64,000 nucleotides of DNA from Prevotella sp. (GTDB taxonomy: Bacteria > Bacteroidota > Bacteroidia > Bacteroidales > Dysgonomonadaceae). The notes beneath the pieces are model-generated. The model saw only the letters and a program-made list of their open reading frames with translations, searched no databases and was not told the DNA's origin. This document shows positions 40,168 to 49,350 of the stretch, in pieces. Made by a program: the position numbers and the translations under genes. Within the stretch, counting starts at the first letter, position 1, and the number at the start of each line of letters is the position of its first letter. The DNA lies in the NCBI GenBank assembly GCA_031285625.1, contig JAITVV010000092.1:64001-128000 (forward strand). The letters run 5' to 3'.

Positions 40168-41025
40168 ATGAGTCATTCAAGCAACAGAAATAAAAGAGTT
40201 GAAAGCGCTCAACAAACTCTGGACATAATAAAACAAGGGTTCTATATAGTAGATGATGAAAAGATAGATATATCGCATACTATTGAAGAATCAGTAAAGA
40301 AAACAACCCTATATATTCCCGAATATTTTGATAAAAGGCTAAGCTATATCGAAAAGGAAATATCAGAGCGGGGTTTTCAAACCAATATTACAGTTAAGAA
40401 CTGTACGGCAATGGAAGCTGCAGCGGAACTACTCTCCCAAGGGGGCAAAACAGGCTGCTTAAACTTTGCTTCTGCCAAAAATCCCGGTGGCGGCTTCCTC
40501 GGTGGAGCACAAGCACAAGAGGAAAGTCTGGCCAGAGCTTCGGCTCTATATCCGACACAAATGAAATATTTCAAAGAATTCTATGAATATAACCGGGCAC
40601 AAAATACATATCTATATTCCGATTACATGATTTACAGTCCTGACGTAATATTTTTCAAAGATGACAGGGATGACCTTCTAGCTAAGCCTTATGTATTGGA
40701 TATCCTTACCAGTCCTGCTGTAAATATTGGAGCAATGATCCAAAACAACAGACTGGATGAAAAGGATGAAGCCGAACAAACAATGATGAGCCGTATGGAT
40801 AAACTCTTGTCCATATTTGTATCACAAGAGGTAGATAACCTTATTCTTGGTGCATGGGGCTGTGGTGTATTTCGCAATCGTCCTGAAGATGTAGCACGTT
40901 ACTTCGCCCATTATTTACTTAATGAGGGCAAATATGCCAAATGCTTTAAGAATATCACTTTTGCGGTATTCGATACAGGCAAAAAGCAAGAAAATATAAA
41001 TGCCTTTACACAAACTTTCAAATAA
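40168..41025 (+). CDS. TIGR02452 / DUF2263 microbial poly(ADP-ribose) glycohydrolase-like macrodomain protein
   Basis: LNFASAKNPGGGFLGGAQAQEESL catalytic loop; IYSPDV; LILGAWGCGVFRN. Confidence 0.92.
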   Translation: MSHSSNRNKRVESAQQTLDIIKQGFYIVDDEKIDISHTIEESVKKTTLYIPEYFDKRLSYIEKEISERGFQTNITVKNCTAMEAAAELLSQGGKTGCLNFASAKNPGGGFLGGAQAQEESLARASALYPTQMKYFKEFYEYNRAQNTYLYSDYMIYSPDVIFFKDDRDDLLAKPYVLDILTSPAVNIGAMIQNNRLDEKDEAEQTMMSRMDKLLSIFVSQEVDNLILGAWGCGVFRNRPEDVARYFAHYLLNEGKYAKCFKNITFAVFDTGKKQENINAFTQTFK

Positions 41026-41089
41026 CTCCTCTCCCACTGGCACGTTGAAATGCATCATATAGCATCTTTTCTGTCAGTGGGATTATTTC

Positions 41090-43234
41090 TTACTCATTCA
41101 GAGCATGCATTAACCGATACAGGCATATTAATAAATGAGCATCCTCGATCTGATCTATACTATTCATCAAATCATCAAAATTCACCCATACTAATTCTTT
41201 TGCAGGTCTGTCTAAACATACCACATAAGGATACACTTGTTCGGTAGTAATACCCACACTCGGAAAGTATTTTTCCCCCAATTTATAATATTGCTCTATC
41301 CTACTCTCTCCTATATGCATTTCAGAAATATATTGGTTCAGACAGGCCATATTCTCAATATCTTTTGGTAAACGCTTTGCTGGAACGGTAAGAATTGTGC
41401 TATTACCACTCAAAAGTTGAGGAACAGGTAAGTCCCTAATTTCTAATCCTATATATATCTGCTCTCCTTTTTCGTATACAGGGAGGGTTAGTAATGTGTT
41501 AGAGCTGACTTTTTCAGGATATACGTACTCCAATATGGAATGGCTTCCTGTAATATCCGTTTCAGCAAAATATCCCCTCCCAATCTTTAAAAATCCAGCT
41601 CGTTCATGGCTTTCAACGAAGACATTTTTCTTTATGGAAAGTAAGTCGGATGCGTTCGCAACAGGAGTAATGAAATCATTATATTGTATCTGGATCTTTT
41701 CTCCCAGCCATTTAGGCAACTGAACGTTTTGCTTATGGAGTAAGTGATAGATATTAAGTTCTAAGCGAGCCTCAACCAAAGTTCCAGTTTGAGCATTATT
41801 TAATAACTGTATTGCATCATATTGATGAATAAATCCTGATTCTTTAAATCCTGAAAAACCATTTTTGAGAACTCTTGATTTTAGTGGCATCTCTTTCAAT
41901 TCAATAAAGTTTGAGGATACCTTTTCGTTGATGCCTCCGGGAGAAGTATAATAATTCAGTGAATGTATTATAGAAGTATATGTATCTTTGCTTATACCAA
42001 ACCTTTCGGCTAAGACAGCTTCGATATTCTCTGTATTCCCAACTGTAATTCCTTCAGGGATATATCCGCTAAAGTATTTATTATCAATCACAGGACTATC
42101 TGTTTTTACATTTACCAAAGGACGCGGATAGCCATGCTTTGCCAAGACTATGATTTTATTTCCATCTTTATAATAAGGTATAAAATCGCTTACAGGATGA
42201 GGCCTCTCAGCAACATCATAAATATGTCCCGTCTCTGTATTCTTATAAGATATATAATTCAGATAGGGCAGTTCTGAAAGAGGTAGATGACGTACAAGTT
42301 GTACTTGTTTTCCGGCTTTAATCTTCTCTCCGGCAATTAAATAATTTGTAGGAGGGAAACCTATTTCCTGGCCCTTTATATCATATAATCTGAACTGATT
42401 TTTATACCTGTTACTTATTATCCACGAATTATATATTGGGGAGGACAGTATTACCCGCAAACCCAGATTTTGAAAAGATTCTTCGAATTCTCTTTGTGTG
42501 AGATATGCATATTCTTCCTGAAGCTCAATATCCCAATTTGCATAATAATCTTTTCTACGTATAAATTCTACAGCATCAGAATAGAATATTTGGAATAAAC
42601 GAGTCTTTTTATTTTGCGATTTTAGTTCTTTTATGGGGAAGCCTCTTTCTTGAAATGGAGCTAATGATCTGGCTGTCTTGGCAAACAATAACAATAAGTC
42701 ACAATCATTAGGCCTGCCCTCTCGATCTTCCAGAGACAATTCAATGACAACTTCCTGTTCTTCCGGCTTTACAAAGTCGCGTACAACCAGGATACCTCTT
42801 TCTTTCAGCAGGTCAACCTGGCGACGCAGGGTATTTAGCGCACGATTAGTGTCATAGCCATTGTAAGAAGTAATATGATGTATTGCAGAGCAATTAAAAA
42901 ATCCGTTTACAGAATTATCCTCAAAACTATCCAATTTCTCACCATCATCTATCCTGAAAGATAGATTGGGCAACTGGTAAGTCCTTTGAGCTATTTCTAC
43001 CATCTTAGGGTTAATATCTACTCCAATAATATTTAACTCAGGAAATAATTCAGCTAAGATGGCAGAGCTTGTACCCGATGCCATACCAACATCTACAATC
43101 GTATTTTCTTTTTCCGGCTCAAAAAATGTACTGGCAGAAGCCACTTTTTCTATGGATATGGCATCCATAGCATCCAGATATTGCTGATAACTTTGCTTAT
43201 CTCCCCTGTCTTGATCAGTATAGTTTGTATTCAT
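41090..43234 (-). CDS. Class I SAM-dependent methyltransferase fused to two degenerate Nudix-like domains
   Basis: IVDVGMASG, GVDINPKMV, SAIHH, GILVVRD; C-terminal YYTSPGGINE and YFPSVGITTE resemble the post-Nudix-box loop of ADP-ribose pyrophosphatases; start MNTNY at 43234. Confidence 0.7.
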   Translation of the reverse strand: MNTNYTDQDRGDKQSYQQYLDAMDAISIEKVASASTFFEPEKENTIVDVGMASGTSSAILAELFPELNIIGVDINPKMVEIAQRTYQLPNLSFRIDDGEKLDSFEDNSVNGFFNCSAIHHITSYNGYDTNRALNTLRRQVDLLKERGILVVRDFVKPEEQEVVIELSLEDREGRPNDCDLLLLFAKTARSLAPFQERGFPIKELKSQNKKTRLFQIFYSDAVEFIRRKDYYANWDIELQEEYAYLTQREFEESFQNLGLRVILSSPIYNSWIISNRYKNQFRLYDIKGQEIGFPPTNYLIAGEKIKAGKQVQLVRHLPLSELPYLNYISYKNTETGHIYDVAERPHPVSDFIPYYKDGNKIIVLAKHGYPRPLVNVKTDSPVIDNKYFSGYIPEGITVGNTENIEAVLAERFGISKDTYTSIIHSLNYYTSPGGINEKVSSNFIELKEMPLKSRVLKNGFSGFKESGFIHQYDAIQLLNNAQTGTLVEARLELNIYHLLHKQNVQLPKWLGEKIQIQYNDFITPVANASDLLSIKKNVFVESHERAGFLKIGRGYFAETDITGSHSILEYVYPEKVSSNTLLTLPVYEKGEQIYIGLEIRDLPVPQLLSGNSTILTVPAKRLPKDIENMACLNQYISEMHIGESRIEQYYKLGEKYFPSVGITTEQVYPYVVCLDRPAKELVWVNFDDLMNSIDQIEDAHLLICLYRLMHALNE

Positions 43235-43389
43235 TGTATTATATCCATTAAAAAGTAACAAAAGTAACACATTTTATATGCTTTTTTACTGTTACTTTTT
43301 CCCTTTTATCAAATCAAGAGCTCTTTATATAAGACAATTTGCATTGGAAAAACTCTTTATACTCTGTAGTTTTAGGGCCGACTTTTTTT

Positions 43390-44124
43390 TCACTTATGAT
43401 AAGTCAAATTATCCAAATTATATTCTTCCCATGGAATAGCCAGCTTTATCGGAGAGGCAGTAATAAGATCAAGAACTATTTCACTTAAGTTTACCATTGT
43501 TACTACACCCAAATCATTTTTAGCTGCTATTTCGAGGAATATCCTCAGTTCAGATATATAGCTAGCAGCATATTCTTCTGTTTCTTGAGGTATGATATCA
43601 CCATAATTGGCCAAAAGGAGCTTAACTTCATTATCTGTCAGCCAATTTACCATACCATTTCCAAGATATGCATGCAAACTGCCAGACTCCGGAAAACGGA
43701 GTGCTTCCAAATATTTTAAAGCAACAGACTTATAATCCATTTTGTCAAAATCGACAAAATAGCTTAACAACCGTTTACCTAACCTGAAATGAGGAGTAAA
43801 TAAGGCGCATTCAGAAAAAACAATAAGTTGAATAATCCTACTCAGATCTTCAATAGCTTGTATATGTATATTTACAAAAGTATCCTGATTGGTAGCATGC
43901 TTATATATAGAATGAATCTTAAAACCGGCATCAAAATCCCTGCATAGTTTTAAAATATTCTCAATTCTGTGACCTCTATTTGTTACATTATCCCAAAGAA
44001 TGGACTTACCCAGACATGAATTAAAATAATGTTGAAGGATCCGGCCTTCCCCCATCAAGTCTGGCACTATTATATTGTGAAATTTTTTACTATCGAATAA
44101 ATGTAATGTATTGCAATCCCCCAT
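43390..44124 (-). CDS. Hypothetical protein
   Basis: 244 aa ORF with own TATATTTG element at 44142-44149 (minus); no motif recognised. Confidence 0.65.
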   Translation of the reverse strand: MGDCNTLHLFDSKKFHNIIVPDLMGEGRILQHYFNSCLGKSILWDNVTNRGHRIENILKLCRDFDAGFKIHSIYKHATNQDTFVNIHIQAIEDLSRIIQLIVFSECALFTPHFRLGKRLLSYFVDFDKMDYKSVALKYLEALRFPESGSLHAYLGNGMVNWLTDNEVKLLLANYGDIIPQETEEYAASYISELRIFLEIAAKNDLGVVTMVNLSEIVLDLITASPIKLAIPWEEYNLDNLTYHK

Positions 44125-44161
44125 AATGTTTGATTATAATACAAATATACATTCTAGTTTA

Positions 44162-45175
44162 TTAGTTTACAAGCCAGTTACGAATAGTTAGCATTTTACC
44201 TTCAATCAATCTGTCTATTTCATCTACTGCTTTTTCGAAACGCTCGTCCCAATTTCCCATAATTTCTGTATAAGGGATATCATGTTCATTTAGTGTCTCA
44301 CGGTGTGATGCATCCAGCCTGTTCCGGCTTTCTTCATCCATTCGGGTTCCATCCTGAACAAACTTTACATCATTGCTTAGATATAAATACAAATTAGCTC
44401 TATTGGCATCATATACATGATTATCAAGCATTAAATCTTCGTTGAAAGTAAAACGTCCATATGATTTTGTAATATGAATATCCGTATCGATTATAATAAG
44501 CGGGGAATCTTTTATCTCTGATAACCGAATACGTTTGGCGTGCTCGTCAGCTACCAGATATAAATCGTTAATAGAGAAATCATTCGAATCGGCTATAATA
44601 TCCCTACCTGCCTCAAAAACAGCTATTGCATTATAATGCTTAGCCAATTTTCCGGTCAATACAGTTTTGCCTGTCGATTCGGTTCCCAAAATAACAACCT
44701 TGATAACCATATCAGGCTTTACAGCATCGGGAAGGTATTGCCAATAAGAAAACAGGTCGGAACGTATCTTAGATGCTGCAACCGGAACCATATTCCTTTC
44801 CATATCGAAAAGGATATGTTTTATTCCTATATATTCAGCTATATACTCCCCATAAGGCTCTGAGGTGATAACAGTTGCATAATCTGGAAAATATTCCTTA
44901 AAAACTTCTGTCCATTTCTTTGAAACGTCCCGTGATGATTCGGAAGAATTGGGCAAATCAGATTCTTTATAGTTGAAAGTAATAATTTCGATGTTAGGAA
45001 TATCAGCAAAAGTTTTCTCAATCCAGTTTTCACGAACTTTTGCCGGTATATTTTCCTTATCGCTTGCACAAACAAGTACAGATAAAAAGTCGACCTGTGT
45101 CAAAGCAAAGCGAATCATAGCTTCATGCCCTTTGTGAAAAGGCAGGAATTTACCAAATACAAAACCTTTATTCAT
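44162..45175 (-). CDS. nadR: NadR-like bifunctional NMN adenylyltransferase / ribosylnicotinamide kinase (no HTH)
   Basis: FGKFLPFHKGH (HxGH), SASKIR-like AASKIR, Walker A GTESTGKT, IIDTD, FVQDGTR; overlaps pnuC stop. Confidence 0.88.
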   Translation of the reverse strand: MNKGFVFGKFLPFHKGHEAMIRFALTQVDFLSVLVCASDKENIPAKVRENWIEKTFADIPNIEIITFNYKESDLPNSSESSRDVSKKWTEVFKEYFPDYATVITSEPYGEYIAEYIGIKHILFDMERNMVPVAASKIRSDLFSYWQYLPDAVKPDMVIKVVILGTESTGKTVLTGKLAKHYNAIAVFEAGRDIIADSNDFSINDLYLVADEHAKRIRLSEIKDSPLIIIDTDIHITKSYGRFTFNEDLMLDNHVYDANRANLYLYLSNDVKFVQDGTRMDEESRNRLDASHRETLNEHDIPYTEIMGNWDERFEKAVDEIDRLIEGKMLTIRNWLVN

Positions 45176-45791
45176 TTGCCTGCTTTTTATACCAGTTATA
45201 CAATCCATAAGATGCAATAAATAGCAATACCAGATATTCCAATGCTATGAAATAGATGCCTTGCTGATAATACAGCACAATGCAAACGACATCATTTATC
45301 ACCCACAAAGCCCAATTCTCAAACTTCTTCTTAGCCAGCAGGATAGTGGCTACAATACTGATAACCATCACAAACGAGTCTGCATAAGGAAAAGCGGAAG
45401 CTTCTTTAAAATACTCAGGCAATGTAATATGTATGTTACCGATAAAATATCCGGTCAATACTGTTCCTGCTATGATAATCAGGGCAGTCAAGAACAGCCC
45501 TTTGGGTCTCAGCCTTGTAACTTTACTTTCTTCTTCTCCATATTTCCATCTGTACCACCCATATATCGAACTAAAGAAGAAAATAACCTGCAAAAACATA
45601 TTTGCATATAGCTGAACCTGAAAGAAAATGACAAATAAAAATAGTTCATTGACAATACCACTGGGCCATGTCAGTATATTTTCCCTTGATGCCCAATAAA
45701 CACACAACAAACCGAATACTGTACCTATCAGTTCAGCATAGCTAAGTGGGTAGCCCAGTATTTCGAGAAATATATTTTGTATGTCAAACAT
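45168..45791 (-). CDS. pnuC: PnuC-family nicotinamide riboside transporter
   Basis: Multi-TM; SIYGWYRW, PYADSF, KKFENWALW, YGLYNW motifs; coupled to nadR. Confidence 0.92.
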   Translation of the reverse strand: MFDIQNIFLEILGYPLSYAELIGTVFGLLCVYWASRENILTWPSGIVNELFLFVIFFQVQLYANMFLQVIFFFSSIYGWYRWKYGEEESKVTRLRPKGLFLTALIIIAGTVLTGYFIGNIHITLPEYFKEASAFPYADSFVMVISIVATILLAKKKFENWALWVINDVVCIVLYYQQGIYFIALEYLVLLFIASYGLYNWYKKQANE

Positions 45792-45811
45792 ATGTTAGTC
45801 ATTAAGAAAAC

Positions 45812-45910
45812 TGTCATTCTGAATGCAATGAAGAATCTCGACCCTCCGGACACGAGAGTTTGGCTCCGCTTCGCTCTGCCGATTTTCAATTCACTTCGTT
45901 CAACATGACA
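45812..45910. repeat. REP-like palindromic element, long form copy 1
   Basis: TGTCATTCTGAATGCAATGAAGAATCTCG...TTCACTTCGTTCAACATGACA; near-identical to 50471-50570. Confidence 0.85.
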
Positions 45911-45917
45911 AAGAGAA

Positions 45918-47909
45918 CTACAACGTATACTTCAAAGATAAATAGAAATTCACCGGTGCTTGTACAAAATACTTCACTGTATTATCATAATCCACATAGG
46001 CATTATTGTAATACTTGGTGTTGGTAATATTGTTTACATAAGCATTCCATTCCATATGTTTGTAAGTATAGCCGATACGTGCATTCAATAATACATAACT
46101 ACCAATTGTTTCAGAATTTGCAAAGTCAATATATGACTTATCCTGATAACGCGCAGATAGTGATATATCAAATTTATCCTTTTGCCATACTACTTCCTGA
46201 TTTACAATAAACTTTGGAGTAAAAATAGGACTGAATTTCTCCCCCTGTTCCTTTATCCGGCTGTGGTTGTACGACGAATTATTGATAAATGCAAACATTG
46301 GAACAGGCTGATAACTGACAGACAATTCTGCTCCCGCCCTATAGCTTTTATCTACTTTATTGGTTAGTGCAAGCCCATTCGGCCCAAAATTACCGTTCAA
46401 TACAATTTCATCTTTGAAGTCCATATAATAAAGATTGGCAGCCAGATTAAGATTCCGGCTTCTGTATCTGAATCCCAATTCATTATCGACAACATATTCA
46501 GGCGAATCTATTACGATTTCAGGTTTTCCGTTTTCATCAACCGTAAGATTCTCATTTCCACCGAACATATCTGTGCGGGTAGGTTCCCTGCCAATACGCC
46601 CTATGCTGTAATATACCTCCATATTATGAGCAGGTTGGTAACTGATACCTGCTTTCGGATTAAAGAAATTCCAGTTTAACTTATCCAGAGGTACATCCCC
46701 TTTGTAATCGAAGTTCGCATGACGATATTGTATATCAGCATAAGCCGTGAAATTGCTGAAGTTATAATCTATCTTCGTATAAACACTAATCTCTTTTTTA
46801 TAGCCGGTATTGCGAAAGTCCTCCCCTGCTGTTCTTTCACTTCCGATGTGCCTGCGGTTGTAGGTATTGGCAAACACTCCTGTTGTCCATTTTACATTCT
46901 TCCAGCTATGGATATAATTAGAATACAGACCGAAAAGATTCGAGCGAAAGGCATAGTTATAGATCTCATCGGTGGAAGGAAGCCCTATGTAATTATTTAT
47001 ATCAAAATCGTAGTTGCCATTCAGATAAGTATAGTAAGCTGCTGATTGCAACAATGAGTTTTCGCCCAATCTGTATATATTATGCAATTGTATCATAGCT
47101 TGTGTAAATTCATCTTTTTCATCTTTGGTATTCGCATTTGTTCTCCTGTCTTTTCGGATAAGCGAGTCCGATACCCCCAGCCATGCCATATCATTCTGCT
47201 GATGTCCGGCAATAATATTCACTTTCCATACAGCTTTATCGGTAAACCAAGCCCCGCTTGCAAACAAAGACTGTGAATGATTTCCCGAATGATGTTTATA
47301 CCCATCCGAATATACTTCCGACAGCCGGGCATAGAATGCCTTGTTATTTACTTCTCCCGATTGTGTTTCTGCATAAGCCCTCAAGCTATTGTATGAACCA
47401 TACCCGATACCGAAAGTCGTCTGTGCCGGATTCCGCAAATTAGGTGAAAATAATTGCACACTTCCGGCATAACTGGCAACTCCGTTCTTGGTAGTACCTA
47501 TTCCCCGCTGTATCTGTACACGGTCGAGCGAATTGAATATATCGGGATAATTGGAGAAATAAGCGCCCTGGTCTTCGGGTTCATTCAGGGGAATACCATC
47601 CAGAGTGATGTTGATACGTGTCTGGTCCATTCCCCTCATTCTGAAATAAGAATAGCTCTGTGTGCTTCCTGCATCGGAATAAGCTGTTATTGAAGGTGTT
47701 TCCATCAGAATAAAGGATGGCTCCTGTCCTATCGATTTCACCTTTAATGTCTTCATTTCAATATTCTGATAGCTGACCGGAGTCGTCTTATTCGCCTGAT
47801 AAGTTACAACAACTTCCTGCAAGCCAATAGTATCAGGCTTGTTTATCTCCTGTGCACATATTATATGAACTAAAAAAGCGAAAGTAACGAGTAGTAATAT
47901 TCTGTACAT
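45918..47909 (-). CDS. TonB-dependent receptor (vitamin-uptake type) upstream of pnuC-nadR
   Basis: LQEVVVT, SDAG...RMRGMDQTRINITLDGIPLNEPE, VQIQRGIG, C-terminal QAPVNFYLSLKYTL. Confidence 0.9.
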   Translation of the reverse strand: MYRILLLVTFAFLVHIICAQEINKPDTIGLQEVVVTYQANKTTPVSYQNIEMKTLKVKSIGQEPSFILMETPSITAYSDAGSTQSYSYFRMRGMDQTRINITLDGIPLNEPEDQGAYFSNYPDIFNSLDRVQIQRGIGTTKNGVASYAGSVQLFSPNLRNPAQTTFGIGYGSYNSLRAYAETQSGEVNNKAFYARLSEVYSDGYKHHSGNHSQSLFASGAWFTDKAVWKVNIIAGHQQNDMAWLGVSDSLIRKDRRTNANTKDEKDEFTQAMIQLHNIYRLGENSLLQSAAYYTYLNGNYDFDINNYIGLPSTDEIYNYAFRSNLFGLYSNYIHSWKNVKWTTGVFANTYNRRHIGSERTAGEDFRNTGYKKEISVYTKIDYNFSNFTAYADIQYRHANFDYKGDVPLDKLNWNFFNPKAGISYQPAHNMEVYYSIGRIGREPTRTDMFGGNENLTVDENGKPEIVIDSPEYVVDNELGFRYRSRNLNLAANLYYMDFKDEIVLNGNFGPNGLALTNKVDKSYRAGAELSVSYQPVPMFAFINNSSYNHSRIKEQGEKFSPIFTPKFIVNQEVVWQKDKFDISLSARYQDKSYIDFANSETIGSYVLLNARIGYTYKHMEWNAYVNNITNTKYYNNAYVDYDNTVKYFVQAPVNFYLSLKYTL

Positions 47910-48017
47910 TTTTATAATAATTAACCGAAAGTTTTTAATAATATTTTCGAATTATAACATACTATTGCTGTTATAAATACAAAATAATAAATAGCTCTGC
48001 GAGCTTAATTTGAGGTG

Positions 48018-48025
48018 CAAAGATA
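48018..48025 (-). promoter_or_regulatory. -7 promoter element TATCTTTG for the TBDT-pnuC-nadR operon
   Basis: Reverse complement of CAAAGATA about 110 nt upstream of ATG 47909. Confidence 0.7.
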
Positions 48026-48043
48026 ATTAATAATGAATATTAA

Positions 48044-48121
48044 CCCCTCCCGACTTCCCCAAAAGGGAGGTGAAAGATATATCGATTTAATCTCCCCTCC
48101 TTTTGGAGGGGTTGGGGGAGG
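48044..48121. repeat. GC-rich REP-like doublet (CCCCTCC..GGAGGGG type) overlapping the 3' end of the AdSS-like gene
   Basis: Two imperfect inverted arms CCCCTCCCGACTTCCCCAAAAGGGAGG and CTCCCCTCCTTTTGGAGGGGTTGGGGGAGG in AT-rich context. Confidence 0.7.
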
Positions 48122-49229
48122 TGCTCCAATCAGGCCTGTCTTTCATTTCCACTCCATTCACCATTTGCAATAAATTACTATCACCCAGTTCTTTCAGAAA
48201 GGTATCCTTATCTTTCAGTTGGTCGAGGCAAGTGAATATGAGAAACTTATTACTGTCCGGATTGTATATCCTGTCGCAATTGATAGCATGTTCCACCAAT
48301 GAAGCATCAAAAGGAGCAGTGCGGAAAATACCCTGCCAGTCGTTTTCCTGATTTGATTCCGTTGTGGTATTTATAAGTTCTATCTGTTTGTTATCGGGAA
48401 AAGGTCCGTTGCCATGCCGTGTCTGATAACAACGGCTGATATAATAAGTATTGATTACCTCGTCTTTCAATGTACTCTTGCTAATAATTTCCATTGCATT
48501 TTGCGATGTGGTATTGCTTCTTGTCACATGAGGAAAGAAACCGAAGTGCTGGTCTAATAATATACCTTGCGATCCTTCAAATACAAAGTCTTTATACTTT
48601 GCTGCAATATCATCTATTGTTGCAACAGTTACAAAGCTTCTGTAAAATTCAAGGCTTTCTTCCCATGATTCCATTGCTATTTCCAATTCACTCTCATAAG
48701 TGATTTGAGAACTCATGTTCAATGTCTTTACCCTATCTTCATAATATCTTTTGATAAAGGACATTTTAGTTTCAAATACATACGGAGTTTTTAAATCGTT
48801 TGTGTAAAGGTTGAAGAAGTCTTCGTTTCGTTGTAAAGTTGTACCGAATCCAACCCCGCATGTACCATGTCCGGTAATCATAGACAAAGCCCTGTTGAAA
48901 GCTAAATCATAAGGTGTAGTAAGCATTGCCATTGGATGAACATAATATGCTTTTCTTTCTATTGCTAACAACTCAAGAGCTTTGTATTCATTCAGAAAAG
49001 CAATAGGAAAGACCGTGCAATGCTGGCTTATATAGGTTGATGCACCCTGAAATGCTCCAGCTCCGAACTGTGAGAATATATGCTTCTTTCCATCTGCAGA
49101 AATGGCCGTATGTCCGCATTGATGCCCTCCTGAAAAGCGAATGACAAGCGCTTCAGGGTGAGACAGGGAATGGACTGCCTGCCCTTTCCCTTCGTCTCCG
49201 AAACCTGTGCCTAATACTATGTTAATCAT
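48087..49229 (-). CDS. Divergent adenylosuccinate-synthetase-like ligase
   Basis: GFGDEGKG, RFSGGHQCGHT, GTCGVGFG, FEGSQGILLD, PHVTRS, YQTRHGNGPF, TCLDQL; canonical TTGRxR loop replaced by WQGIFR; 380 aa. Confidence 0.85.
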   Translation of the reverse strand: MINIVLGTGFGDEGKGQAVHSLSHPEALVIRFSGGHQCGHTAISADGKKHIFSQFGAGAFQGASTYISQHCTVFPIAFLNEYKALELLAIERKAYYVHPMAMLTTPYDLAFNRALSMITGHGTCGVGFGTTLQRNEDFFNLYTNDLKTPYVFETKMSFIKRYYEDRVKTLNMSSQITYESELEIAMESWEESLEFYRSFVTVATIDDIAAKYKDFVFEGSQGILLDQHFGFFPHVTRSNTTSQNAMEIISKSTLKDEVINTYYISRCYQTRHGNGPFPDNKQIELINTTTESNQENDWQGIFRTAPFDASLVEHAINCDRIYNPDSNKFLIFTCLDQLKDKDTFLKELGDSNLLQMVNGVEMKDRPDWSTSPNPSKRRGD

Positions 49230-49275
49230 AATTTTAAAAGAAATAGTAGATTACCTAAAAAATATTCATGTATTT

Positions 49276-49346
49276 TGTCATACTGAGTGCAACGAAGTAT
49301 CTCGACCCTATTGGACACGAGATGTTTCACTCCGTTCAACATGACA
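49276..49346. repeat. REP-like palindromic element, short form
   Basis: TGTCATACTGAGTGCAACGAAGTATCTCG...CGAGATGTTTCACTCCGTTCAACATGACA; same ends as the long copies. Confidence 0.8.
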
Positions 49347-49350
49347 AACA

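Noticed and set aside
47910-48040. TPP riboswitch ahead of TBDT-pnuC
   Set aside because: No CTGAGA or ACCTG core on the minus strand; downstream kinase is NadR, not thiamine pyrophosphokinase
48087-49229. PurZ (2-aminoadenine, Z-genome) synthase
   Set aside because: P-loop is GDEGKG with the PurA-type Asp rather than Ser, and no phage, dATPase or polymerase genes are nearby
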